Source: Promethearchaeota archaeon (GTDB lineage Archaea > Asgardarchaeota > Lokiarchaeia > Sigyniarchaeales > SOKP01). From it: a DNA stretch of 64,000 nucleotides. Of this stretch, positions 12,401-21,244 are shown piece after piece (the stretch's first letter is position 1; every line of letters begins with the position of its first letter). The DNA lies in the NCBI GenBank assembly GCA_048938895.1, contig JBHLLU010000001.1, forward strand, positions 32,001 to 96,000. The letters are read 5' to 3'. The position numbers and the translations under genes were made by a program. The notes beneath the pieces are model-generated. The model worked only from the letters and a program-made list of their open reading frames with translations, made no database searches and was not told the origin of the DNA.

Positions 12401-15400
12401 GATTGAGAGAACATATGATATTACTAGAGAAGAATTGGCAAAGGAAGGAATGTTTGTGAGTCATGAAACTTACTCTCCAGCCCGAGGAGGAAGTGCTGAA
12501 TCGGAATTGATTGCTTTAAGAAACACGTTTGGAAATTATGCTCAAGATATGGTTATTATCAACACGAAAGGATATACTGGTCATGCAATGGGGGCTGGAA
12601 TTGAAGAAGCTGTCGCTATCAAGTCACTTGAAAAAGGGAAAATCCCACCAATAGCAAATTTGAATAGAATTGACCCAAATTATTCAAATTTCAACTTTTC
12701 AGCTGGAATAAATGAAAGGAAGAAATATGCTTTACGTTTTGCTGCAGGATTTGGATCTCAATTAGCAATTGTTCTATTTCGTCTAAAGTCATTCAATAAC
12801 CGTTTTGCAAATCCAAATTACCAAAAATGGCTTCAAAGCATAGGTGGAGACGAAAAATTAATATTTATCGATGGAAGACTTCTAAAAATGAAAACTGAAC
12901 GTGTTCCCCTCAAAAAAGCTACTATCTTTTCTACAGAAACAACTGAAAGTTCCCAGAAAGTAATTCCTTCTGGAACAAGTGAAATTCTGAATGAGATCAA
13001 ATACATAATTAGTTTAAAAACTGGGTATGATCCAGCTGATATTGATGATACATTCGATTTAGAGGAAGATCTAGGAATTGATACTGTAAAACAGGCAGAA
13101 ATATTTGGTGAAATTAAAAAAAAATGGGATATTGAAGTGGATGATTCATTTAATTTAGCAGATTATCGCACAATTAATGAAATTGTCCAAATGTTGAATG
13201 ATTTCTTAAGGGTAGATCTTATAACTGAAAATGATTTTTCTTGTCTCAATGAATTTTCGCTTGAAAAAGAATTAATAAATATAATTTCTGAAAAGACAGG
13301 ATATGATATTGAAGACATCGACATTGAATTTGATTTAGAGGAGGATCTTGGGATTGATACAGTAAAACAAGCTGAGATATTTGGGGCGCTTCGGAGTAAT
13401 TTGAACATCCCAGAGGACACTGAAATCAATCTATTAGGATTAGGAAGTATTAAAAATATAATTCAAAAAATACAAGTATTAATGAGTGACAAGATTATTG
13501 ATGGAAAATTAACTCAAAATATCTATACTCCTATTGAAGTACCTGATGACATAAAACAAATAAATAATTTAGTAAAAAAAATTATTGCAGAAAAAACAGG
13601 GTATGACCTTAATGACATTGATGACTTATATGACTTAGAGGAAGACTTGGGAATTGATACAGTGAAACAGGCCGAAATCTTCGGAGAATTACGTAATCAT
13701 TACAAACTAGAAGATTCCATTGAGATTAACATATCTGAAATTCGCACTCCAAATGATATTACTCAATTTATAATGCAATATTTCAATGAGAAATCCAAAA
13801 TCGTTGAAAAAGACTTAGGAACGACTGGAAGCGTAGATAAAGTTCAAGAAGAGATAAAAGAGGAAAAACAAGATAGTATTTATGTTTCACAAGTTGTCCC
13901 CTCTCAAATTTTTAAATTAGAAACCCCAGAAATAGATTTGAAATATAAAAGTACGGATACTTTACTCCTTAATATTAATTTAGGGTTATCAAATTACGGA
14001 AAATTGATAAAAAGTTTTGAAAACTATGGCTTAAAAATTCAAGTATTAAATGTTAATAGTGATGAAAATTTTTCTAGTGATCTTAACAATAAAAAACATG
14101 ATTCTCTATTCAATACTGATTTTAAAATACTTCTATTGGTCACTCCAGATAATAATCAATACACTATAGATGATAGTTTAAGCATCTTTGATAATCTATT
14201 CCTTATTTTTCAATCATTAAATTTATCAATAATCGAAAGAATATTAGTGCTTTCTCCAGAAACTACTTTTGGTTGGGAAGAAGGAGCCAATCCTCTTTCT
14301 GCTAGTATAAGTGCCTTTATAAAAACAATAAATCGCGAATTTAAAATTCCGATTAAACTAATTTCTTCAAAGAATCTAAGTAAAATTTCTCAGGAGTTTC
14401 TTACTTGGGATACTGTTGAAGAAGTTTCCTATGTAGATAATTTTCGTTATACATTATTAAGACAGAAAATTGAGGTACTCCCAGAACAGAATCCTTTATC
14501 AATAACGGAAGAAGATGTATTATTGGTCACTGGAGGTGCACAAGGAATCACTTTTGCATGCATCGATGAATTAACAAACTATACTAAACCACAGTTAATT
14601 CTTATGGGACTAGCTTCTTACGAAAATTCATTGAACGAATATTTAAATTATACTCCAGAAATGTTGAATGAGAAAAAGCTAGAATTGGTTAACAAGTTGA
14701 AATCTGAACATAAAAGAGTAACTCCTGTCATGATAAATAAAGAATGGAAAAATTTTCTCGACAAACTAGATACTCTAAGAAATATTGAAAAATTGAGAAG
14801 TAAAGGTCTTAAAGTGCAATATTTTGCGGGGGATATTACCGATGATGAATTTGTAAGCACTACACTCCAAAAAAGTTATAAACAAAATAAAAATCCAATA
14901 ACAATTGTTATCCATGGAGCTGGAATTGAAGAATCAAAAAATTTCTTAAATAAAAAATTAAATGTGGCTCATAAAGTTGTTGATGTCAAAGTTGGAGGAT
15001 TTTCAAATATTCTGAAGCATATAAAGCTTCAAGATGTTAAATATTTCATAGCCTTCTGTTCAGTTGCAGGTCGTTATGGAAATCAAGGACAAATAGATTA
15101 TGCTTTTGCAAATTCTTATTTATCTCGGTTAGCTTGGAAATTCAATCAAGATAAAATTCCTTTTCTTATTTTTGATTGGACTGCTTGGGCTGACATTGGA
15201 ATGGCAACTCAGGGTTCGACTCTTCAAATTCTTACTCAAGCAGGTGTTAGGCCTGTCCCATCCAAAACTGGTGTTAAAATATTTACAAAGTTAGTACTAA
15301 ATAATTTTACTGGTGAATACGTCATTGCTGGAGAATTAGGAATATTTGAGGAGAAGCTTCGTATAGAGGAGGTTATTAGCAAGTTAGAATATCCTATGTT

Positions 15401-16973
15401 AGAGAGAATTAATTATCAGTCAGCTCGTATTATTGGATACAACACAATTGATTCTAAATTCGATGTATATCTTCTAGATCACCAAATTCAACGGAAACCA
15501 GTATTTCCAGGAGTAATGGTTTTAGAAACATTTGCAGAATTTTATCATCGAATGTTTGATAAACCATTAACCTCAATCTCTAATGTAAATTTTCTTACGC
15601 CCTTGAAAATCCCAATAGATAAAACTATTAATATAGAACTAATTTTTAATAAATCTAATAACGAAATTTCTTTCCAATCAAAGACTTTTCCCACTATCTT
15701 GAAAGGAAAACCTCTTGTTAAAGAACGTTTCAATGCTAAGTTCAATGAACCTACAAATGAGCTGAAGTGGAAAAAAGAATCTATTTCGGAGCCGTTAATA
15801 TCACTACTCGAGAAAACCGAAATTTATGAGCTTTTCTTTCATGGACCAAAATTTCAGGTTTTAAAAGAAGTTATTCAATTAGAAAAAGAAAAAATTGTTA
15901 CGATGGTTGACTTACCTACAGCCCCTCTTATTAATAATAAGGAGGATCAATTTCAAATTAAACCTTTGATACTTGAAAGTGTTTTTCAAACCGCTGCACT
16001 TTTTGATTTTATAATTAATGGTTATCTTTCACTTCCCTCTAAAATTTCAATCTTGAAAATATTATCAAATCAAAAGCCTAAATATATAGTCGCTAAATTT
16101 TTAAAGAGGGATGATGAGAAATCTTATTACAATTCAGTAGTGCTAAGTGAAGATCAAGAAATAATAGTAATAATGGAAAATTTAGAAATTATCCATGCAC
16201 CAATGGCAAAAAATATCTCTCCTAATCTATCTAATTATTTAGGTACATTAAAGGAGTATTATCACCTTAAAAATAACATAAATAAGCATGAGATTCATGT
16301 CCTTCCTATCACAAAGATACATAATTTATATCAAACCAATCCTAAATTTTTGGATTATTACCTTACTGAACAAGAAATAGATAACTCCAAGCGTTTTAGA
16401 AATTTAAAAAGAAAAATCGAATATTTTTCTGGAATCATCGCAGCAAAAGAATTGTATTTTAGAAATTCGTACAAGCGTGAGTCTTATCACGATATTGAAA
16501 TTCAAAAAGATGATAAAGGTAAACCATTTTATTTTTCAAATAAATTGAATCAAATTATTCCGCTTAATCTTTCAATTAGTCATTCAAACGAATTTTCAGT
16601 TGCAATTAATGGTAAAAATTTGGTTGGTATTGATCTAGAGATAATTGAATTCCGATCATCTTCATTTTACAAAGAGGTATTTACTGAATTAGAGAGAAAT
16701 GCTATTTCAGAAGATAATCAATTAGGAACAATTTACTGGACAGCTAAAGAAGCCTTCTCAAAAGCAATAGGGGAGGGTTTTAATATTAATTTTAAAGATT
16801 TTGAATTGAAATACGAGGAAAAGCACAAAAAATTCACAATATCATTCAAAAATGAAAAATCTGAATTCAATGATAATCTTAGATCTTTACAATTGGGAGT
16901 TGATTATACCAAGAAGTATGTTTTATCATATTGCGAGTTGAAACCATTTAAAGAAATTCCAACAATCCAGTGA
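6429..16973 (+). CDS. Giant type I iterative PKS/FAS (Pfa-like): 2x FMN TIM-barrel ER-like, KS, AT, second KS, 3x ACP, KR, DH, PPTase
   Basis: ER/NMO-like motifs KGHEAGG, IIQGPMA, EGNECGGH, AGGI. KS1 DAACASS/ECHGTST/IGHLKSAAG (~8600-9980). AT FSGQG/GHSLG/AFHS (~10100-11030). KS2 NAACAST/SHET/TGHAMG (~11360-12790). Three DLGIDTVKQAE ACP repeats (~12980-13790). KR TGGAQGI/GQIDYAFAN. DH LLDHQIQRKPVFPG/FHGPKFQ. PPTase SISHS/VGIDLE/WTAKEAFSKA. Confidence 0.93.
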   Translation: MKKKENIQKIFKNKIPVWGYSPKGVTDPSLSIQLCQAGGIGLIDLEGLNQDQCQNQIDKLFSSLTSDHLWGIRISNHNLLNTLNFRDVIPIIVCAFSPNKDDIQSMQKNSKLLLSEVSYLEEAYETAEWSDLFLVKGHEAGGIVGTKNSFILIQEFQKAGLSFIIQGGFGVYNVCSAFIGGAIGVVLESQLYLLPECPLSPDFKNYIKTIDENDFYIVQETSRYNYRLIGKLANKSIRTIKSFEQKNYSNVNNDFDTNYLTRKDDFHQVIKKFIDKFPLYSDSDPKHSFLPSDHGICFANFILTKFQNLENFLTNIINIITNQIKNCINNWPFTKNSEFATKLGIKYPIIQGPMANISDNLSFARKISNNGALPILALGGLLPDETSELLSNCNAEKLSENPYGCGIIGLDAVKPRRDEHLRCISKFGPEIILIAAGTIDLGVQVKNSGNIVLIHTPALSMFKEALKRNLNYMILEGNECGGHVGTLSSFTLWEHVLEYMDIERKNFIQKVNIIFAGGIINGVSSAMLAGMISNHLDIITPGIQMGTAYLLSEEIVTTKALSPVYQELLLNNTFTNVIGVTVNTRARVIPSEFSLYTIKNEYLRKSNGISLSQRKKLYEEDNLGALRIASRAEIWNENHEKVSGTSQFIPISTEEQLTKGVFMTGDSISLQKTIRSIPQIHSDIIEEGLKFIRKNSNYILKETLGRVPMNKEKYLKKIQSIGNKIAIVGMGGLFPDAENIPQFWDNIISKKYSITTVPKDRWDSDIFYDSDHSIPDKTYTKIGGFVKKFEFKSIKYRIPPKMADRMDLVQKWAIITAEEALIDAGYPIDGKKRLSIATIVGNSSGGDTQRISNKRILFNEIKYRLNEASSQMILKPEEKENLLKFLESKIINHIPVINEDTMPGELANIIAGRVANVFNLTGKSMTTDAACASSLAAIDTAVNGLLVKDYDTVLVGGVDSSMDPQTYIKFCKIGALSEDGTYPFDSRANGFVMGEGAGFIVLKRLEDALHDKNKIYAIISGFGGSSDGKGKGITAPNPEGQRLAIERTLENTNLSPSDIQYLECHGTSTIVGDATELSVLSQIFSDRNVNQKLALGSIKSQIGHLKSAAGIASIIKTVLALYNKIIPPSINVSNLNPTINWENAPYYVNTEPTKWSTPENGIRRAGVSSFGFGGTNYHVILEEFLPHLYTNVLTERAEDFPLCEELMYKQFESHQDNSIIPSSTDLCFLFSGQGSQYVGMTRELYEKYQVVKNTLNKANDICKEFGSFNLLKIIFGDNNLSQEENSDKLKQTEFTQPAIYSVEMALVNLFKSKGITPGIVGGHSLGEFAALVTAGVLSFEDGLKTVIRRGISMSELPPGVQCTMAAIFTSPDIVEKTLNELSNEDVSISNYNSTSQTVISGEISAVESIMDAFSKKEIRAIRLNVSNAFHSKYVAHAEEKLKDFLKTIEFKSPQIPVFSNVTGKVYPNDPDKIKSILLKQITSPVRWVDEVLNMYQKGGRKFLELGPKKALFFFTKDILKKYKDIEVNFTLSPKSSEKDHIQKVFDRFSALESISQKERVEIEYPSIKDKKIKISRQAESSIIKRDTLRSNEYLSKIVQLPSFKDFLEEQKVSLSSALMEGFYKYLEKNSTSIDNQFNKGDIDSTPIVITGVGIGLPGKNRKVFDDKNVDDILDGINLIDLVSTESQNQLLQKKIIRLEKSPNGNAKFVSVDDISNVIHLAGQLGEFNPNEDYHLNPKLLNALDITFQMAICAGYDALKDSGIPLVRSTIKTSTGKTLSGDWILPESLQDDTGIIFASAFPGYDNFVEEFRKYSNFDCDQKKSIEENDKNFNRSFLFRVLSMGHSQFAQLIKAKGPNTSTNAACASTPQAIGIAEDWIRNGRCKRVIVITADNVTSRNLFQWIGAGFIASGAATTKNRWEDAVLPFGEGRNGIILGAGASAFVIEQQMEAEARGVKPIVEILGSYFANSAFHGTRLDKDHISQKLEEFIQKIERTYDITREELAKEGMFVSHETYSPARGGSAESELIALRNTFGNYAQDMVIINTKGYTGHAMGAGIEEAVAIKSLEKGKIPPIANLNRIDPNYSNFNFSAGINERKKYALRFAAGFGSQLAIVLFRLKSFNNRFANPNYQKWLQSIGGDEKLIFIDGRLLKMKTERVPLKKATIFSTETTESSQKVIPSGTSEILNEIKYIISLKTGYDPADIDDTFDLEEDLGIDTVKQAEIFGEIKKKWDIEVDDSFNLADYRTINEIVQMLNDFLRVDLITENDFSCLNEFSLEKELINIISEKTGYDIEDIDIEFDLEEDLGIDTVKQAEIFGALRSNLNIPEDTEINLLGLGSIKNIIQKIQVLMSDKIIDGKLTQNIYTPIEVPDDIKQINNLVKKIIAEKTGYDLNDIDDLYDLEEDLGIDTVKQAEIFGELRNHYKLEDSIEINISEIRTPNDITQFIMQYFNEKSKIVEKDLGTTGSVDKVQEEIKEEKQDSIYVSQVVPSQIFKLETPEIDLKYKSTDTLLLNINLGLSNYGKLIKSFENYGLKIQVLNVNSDENFSSDLNNKKHDSLFNTDFKILLLVTPDNNQYTIDDSLSIFDNLFLIFQSLNLSIIERILVLSPETTFGWEEGANPLSASISAFIKTINREFKIPIKLISSKNLSKISQEFLTWDTVEEVSYVDNFRYTLLRQKIEVLPEQNPLSITEEDVLLVTGGAQGITFACIDELTNYTKPQLILMGLASYENSLNEYLNYTPEMLNEKKLELVNKLKSEHKRVTPVMINKEWKNFLDKLDTLRNIEKLRSKGLKVQYFAGDITDDEFVSTTLQKSYKQNKNPITIVIHGAGIEESKNFLNKKLNVAHKVVDVKVGGFSNILKHIKLQDVKYFIAFCSVAGRYGNQGQIDYAFANSYLSRLAWKFNQDKIPFLIFDWTAWADIGMATQGSTLQILTQAGVRPVPSKTGVKIFTKLVLNNFTGEYVIAGELGIFEEKLRIEEVISKLEYPMLERINYQSARIIGYNTIDSKFDVYLLDHQIQRKPVFPGVMVLETFAEFYHRMFDKPLTSISNVNFLTPLKIPIDKTINIELIFNKSNNEISFQSKTFPTILKGKPLVKERFNAKFNEPTNELKWKKESISEPLISLLEKTEIYELFFHGPKFQVLKEVIQLEKEKIVTMVDLPTAPLINNKEDQFQIKPLILESVFQTAALFDFIINGYLSLPSKISILKILSNQKPKYIVAKFLKRDDEKSYYNSVVLSEDQEIIVIMENLEIIHAPMAKNISPNLSNYLGTLKEYYHLKNNINKHEIHVLPITKIHNLYQTNPKFLDYYLTEQEIDNSKRFRNLKRKIEYFSGIIAAKELYFRNSYKRESYHDIEIQKDDKGKPFYFSNKLNQIIPLNLSISHSNEFSVAINGKNLVGIDLEIIEFRSSSFYKEVFTELERNAISEDNQLGTIYWTAKEAFSKAIGEGFNINFKDFELKYEEKHKKFTISFKNEKSEFNDNLRSLQLGVDYTKKYVLSYCELKPFKEIPTIQ
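12980..13790 (+). repeat. Three tandem ACP-domain repeats inside the PKS
   Basis: Repeated I(S/A)xKTGYD...DLEEDLGIDTVKQAEIFG units spaced about 276 and 300 nt apart, diverged at synonymous sites. Confidence 0.9.
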
Positions 16974-17761
16974 TAGTAATGAGAAAAGAAGTGATTGAAG
17001 TAGAAGTTCGATCTGAAATTCTGCAAGGAGTACTCTATTTACCTGATGAAAAAGATCCAAAAATTAGTGAATGTAATCCATTTCCAATCGTGATTCGTGT
17101 TAATGGAATGCCTGGTAAATCTCCCGAAGAAGATGAAACGAGATTTGCCCATCTTTTTGTTAACAATGAATTTGCTTATTTCACTTATGATCACCAAGGT
17201 GTGAGGAAAAGTACCGGTATTTTTACTTATTATGACGCTCAAGCAAATATCGAAAATGTAATAAATCAGTTAGTGCATCATCCTGAGATGAATCCTATTA
17301 AAATTGGCCTGTTAGGAGAAAGTTTTGGGGGTGCAATGGCTTTTTGCCATACTGTAAGAGATAAACGTGTTAAATGTCTTGCTATACGTTCTCCTGTTTT
17401 TGATACAGAAATTATTCCAAAGAATCCTCTTTTTAAATTTTTCATCAAAGCATTAACACGTAATAAAAAAATGCGATTTCCCGAAGGAGATCTCAAAAAA
17501 AAGTATGCTGAACAAACAAGACAATATAATCCCAATAGATTAGCGGATAAATTAGCAAAACCTTTCTATCTGATTGCAGGAAATAAGGATGTTTTATTTC
17601 CAGAATCTGGTTTTCATCAACTCTTTAATAAAGTCAAGTCTGAAAATAAAAAAATTGAAATAATTGATGGAGCTGATCATAACTTTACAGATAAAAATCA
17701 TTTTCACCTAATGCGTAAAAATATTATTGATTTCTTTAGATTTCATCTTATAGTAAATTAA
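16970..17761 (+). CDS. Alpha/beta-hydrolase, probable thioesterase/release enzyme for the PKS
   Basis: Nucleophile elbow GESFGG, acid GNKD, His in GADHNF. Start overlaps or abuts the PKS stop (GTGA; alternative ATG at 16979). Confidence 0.8.
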   Translation: MIVMRKEVIEVEVRSEILQGVLYLPDEKDPKISECNPFPIVIRVNGMPGKSPEEDETRFAHLFVNNEFAYFTYDHQGVRKSTGIFTYYDAQANIENVINQLVHHPEMNPIKIGLLGESFGGAMAFCHTVRDKRVKCLAIRSPVFDTEIIPKNPLFKFFIKALTRNKKMRFPEGDLKKKYAEQTRQYNPNRLADKLAKPFYLIAGNKDVLFPESGFHQLFNKVKSENKKIEIIDGADHNFTDKNHFHLMRKNIIDFFRFHLIVN

Positions 17762-17773
17762 ATTGAAATTAGG

Positions 17774-18271
17774 ATGCCGAAAAAAGTTAAATTTCGAGGA
17801 AGGAATTATATAGTTACTCCATTAGATAATGGGAAAATAAAAGTAGATGACCATATTTATGCCCCGGTAGTCATTCAAGAAACAGAGAATTTATTTCGAG
17901 TAACATTTGAAGATTGTCAGTTTAATTTGGAATTTATAAACGGGGTTTTATATTTAGAGGGTGAAGAAATCGATATTGAAATTAAACCATATTTAAAATC
18001 AGTAGATAATAACTATGAAAGCCCACAAATCACGGACGTAATTATAAAAGCTCCTATTCCAGGGAAAATATTAGAAATCCACGTCGAAGAGGAGGAATAT
18101 ATCGAAAAGGAACAGTTATTATTAATTTTAGAAGCAATGAAAATGAAAAATCGAATATTGTCTCCAAGAAAAGGGAAGATAATCCAAATATTAGTGAATG
18201 AAGGGGATATCGTTGGACAAGATCAAAAGTTAATTAAAATTGAAAGTAGAAATAATGTAAAGGGTATATAA
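17774..18271 (+). CDS. accB: Biotin carboxyl carrier protein
   Basis: IKAPIPG and EAMKM biotinylation motif. Confidence 0.9.
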   Translation: MPKKVKFRGRNYIVTPLDNGKIKVDDHIYAPVVIQETENLFRVTFEDCQFNLEFINGVLYLEGEEIDIEIKPYLKSVDNNYESPQITDVIIKAPIPGKILEIHVEEEEYIEKEQLLLILEAMKMKNRILSPRKGKIIQILVNEGDIVGQDQKLIKIESRNNVKGI

Positions 18272-18292
18272 TCATTGATTTATTATTTTTTT

Positions 18293-19774
18293 TTAACGTA
18301 TTTGCTCTATTTTAGCGACATCTCGCCATTTATTTGATTTTTTCTTTTGTGTTTCTTCAGGTTGAGTTGATAATTTAAATTGCTTAAATAATTGAAAAAC
18401 TGCTGCCAATTTTTTTCTTTCTAAATCTTTTAAATTATTAGCAATGTTTGTTTTATTTAAGAAATCAGTTGATAAATCTCCCTTTCTAAATTCACGAGAA
18501 TCTACTATTACTTTATGTAAATCTAAATTCGTTTTTATTCCTGAAATAACTAATTCTTTTAGGGTATGTTTAGAGAGATTGATTGCCCTTTTTCGATTTC
18601 TACCCCACACCACCAATTTCCCTATCAATGAGTCAAAATCATGAGGAACTACATAATTAGGGTACAAATAACTATCAAAACGCACTTTTGGTCCCCCTGG
18701 TATGATTAAATTTGTAATTTTTCCATGTTGGGGAAAGAATGAATTATATGGATCTTCAGCATTTATCCTATATTCTATAGCATGTCCATGTAATGAGATT
18801 TCCTCTTGAATATAATTTAATGGTTTATTTGAGGCAATGCTTATTTGTTCCTCAACCAAATCTATTCCTGTTACCATTTCTGTAACAACATGTTCTACTT
18901 GGATTCTTGGATTTACTTCATTAAAATAGATATTACCCTCCTTCCATAGAAATTCTGCTGTTCCCACATTTGAATAATTTAATTCACGAGCTAACTGACA
19001 AGTTTTATCTCCTAATTTAGAGATTTCATCCCTTGTTAAAAATGAGGGTGCTTCCTCAATAAGTTTTTGATGAGATCGTTGGATAGTACATTCCCGATCT
19101 CCTAAATATATAATATTACCAAAATTATCTCCAATAAATTGAATTTCTACATGACGAGGTGCCATAATAGACTTTTCAATAAAAACTTCATTGCGACCAA
19201 AAAACTTTGATCCCATTTCTTGACAACCTTGGAGTGCAATGCCCATTTCTTCTTCAGATTCAACAATTTCCATTCCTCGACCACCACCTCCAAAGGCTGC
19301 TTTTATTATTACAGGATATCCGATCTTATCTGCTATTAATTTAGCTTCCTCTAAACTACGAATAAATCCATCTGAACCAGGTAAAACGGGTAAACCGACA
19401 CTTTTTGCTAGGATTTTTGCTTTAATTTTATTACCTAAAAATTCAATGGTATTTGGGCTTGGACCGATAAAAATCTTACCAAGATTAATAATTTGTTTTG
19501 CAAATTCTGCATTTTCGCTCAAAAAACCATATCCTGGATGGATTGCATCTGCATCACACCGTTTAATTATTTCAACTAGTTTTGAGATGTTAAGATATGT
19601 ACCCTGAATTGATTCATCTCCTAAATTATATGCCTCATCTGCCATTTTTACGTGAAGAGAGTTTTTGTCTGACTCAGAAAAAATTGCTATTGATTTAATC
19701 TCTTTTGATCGACATGCTCTGATAACTCTAACTGCAATCTCTCCACGATTAGCAATTAAGACAGATTTGATCAT
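18293..19774 (-). CDS. accC: Biotin carboxylase (ATP-grasp)
   Basis: LIANRGEIA, HPGYGFLSENA, KAAFGGGGRG, RECTIQR, EVNPRIQVEH, RINAED; start placed at ATG 19774. Confidence 0.93.
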   Translation of the reverse strand: MIKSVLIANRGEIAVRVIRACRSKEIKSIAIFSESDKNSLHVKMADEAYNLGDESIQGTYLNISKLVEIIKRCDADAIHPGYGFLSENAEFAKQIINLGKIFIGPSPNTIEFLGNKIKAKILAKSVGLPVLPGSDGFIRSLEEAKLIADKIGYPVIIKAAFGGGGRGMEIVESEEEMGIALQGCQEMGSKFFGRNEVFIEKSIMAPRHVEIQFIGDNFGNIIYLGDRECTIQRSHQKLIEEAPSFLTRDEISKLGDKTCQLARELNYSNVGTAEFLWKEGNIYFNEVNPRIQVEHVVTEMVTGIDLVEEQISIASNKPLNYIQEEISLHGHAIEYRINAEDPYNSFFPQHGKITNLIIPGGPKVRFDSYLYPNYVVPHDFDSLIGKLVVWGRNRKRAINLSKHTLKELVISGIKTNLDLHKVIVDSREFRKGDLSTDFLNKTNIANNLKDLERKKLAAVFQLFKQFKLSTQPEETQKKKSNKWRDVAKIEQIR

Positions 19775-20026
19775 ACAACACAATAATGAAAGCTAATTAT
19801 TATAGCTATGCTATTAATTAAATAAACAAGTATTTTATTAAAAAATATCATTTTTTTTAATATTTGAGGAAACGATTTTAACGATTTTAAATTTTAAGTT
19901 ATTTTCTATGGGAGGATCTTTAACATCAGAAGAAATATTATCTGAAATCAGAATCCTTAAAGGTCCCTCATTCTGGTAAAAAGGAATTAATTACTCATCT
20001 GATTAAATATATAATTTAGAACAGTT

Positions 20027-21223
20027 TTATATTGATTTTCTTATTTGAAGTAATAATAAACCTACTATTAATACTAATGCTCCTGAGCTTATCATGGTGG
20101 AAAATCCCCCATACATATCTATTGACAGACCGAATAACCATATTATTACAGCACCCCCAAATAACCCATTGTGCAGAAAGCTTATAGCAGAAAGAACACT
20201 TGCTCTTTCTAATGAAGAGATGAGTTTGTTAGAGTAACTTTCCTCTAGTAATAATGCAAACTCAGTATTGATTGAAAAGAGAATTAGAAAAATCACTAAT
20301 AGATACCAAATATTCATAAAAGCGATGATAAAGAAAAGACCACCTTGAAATAAAATAATCAAATATAAACTACCAGTAGTTCCTAGTTTTTGTTCAATTT
20401 TACTCACAAAATATGAAGCAAACGCACTGATACCAACTATTATGGTAAATATTATCCCAATAATTGATGGAATTATATCAACTAATTTTAAATGAGCCTG
20501 ACTGAATACATCCCAGTAAGATTCAGCGAAGACATTTGCGATTAAAAAGAAAAATGCTAACCAGAGGAGTTGCTTATTTCTGAATATGTATTGTAAACTT
20601 TTTTTCATATTGCGAGTTAGTATCCTAAAATTGTATTTTTGACTAGATTTAAAAGGCTCTCTAATCATTGCTATAATTAAGAGAGAAAGACTGATTGTTA
20701 TAAACCAAACCCAATAAGGTAATTGAGGTCTAATAACAAATAGAAAACTTCCAAGTGGCATACCTAAAAGATTTGATATTAAAGAAAATGCATTAATACG
20801 TCCACTTATTTTCAAAAATTCATCTTCCCTCTCAAGTTCTTTCATTGTGTCAAATAATAAAGCTGATTTTGCTCCTGATTTAAATGAAAATTCAAGACCA
20901 CTTAAAATTCCTGCTATAACAATAGTTATGATTCCTCCCGAACTCAAATTTAAAAGTAAAATCATTAATAAAGTAAATGAATTTGCAATAAAAACTGTCC
21001 ATTTTCTACCAATCATATCGGCTAAACTACCACTTGGTAAATCTGTTAAAACAATTGCAATTGAGGTACAAGCTTCAAATATTCCAATAGCCGTAAAATT
21101 GAAGCCCAAATACTGAAAAAATAGAATATAAATTGCACTAATTACTCCAAAATTATAGAATACACTAGAAAGTCCAATTTACCAGATATTTGATTTTAAA
21201 TAGATAGAAGAGTCTGAAGACAT
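20027..21223 (-). pseudogene. MFS transporter interrupted by an in-frame TAA at codon 15
   Basis: ATG at 21223 gives MSSDSSIYLKSNIW*IGLSSVFYNFGVISAIYILFFQYLGFNF..., continuous with the 360-aa ORF. Stop at 21179-21181. MFS motif A GSLADMIGRK and many hydrophobic segments. Confidence 0.7.
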
Positions 21224-21244
21224 ATGGCAAGGGATCTTTTTATT

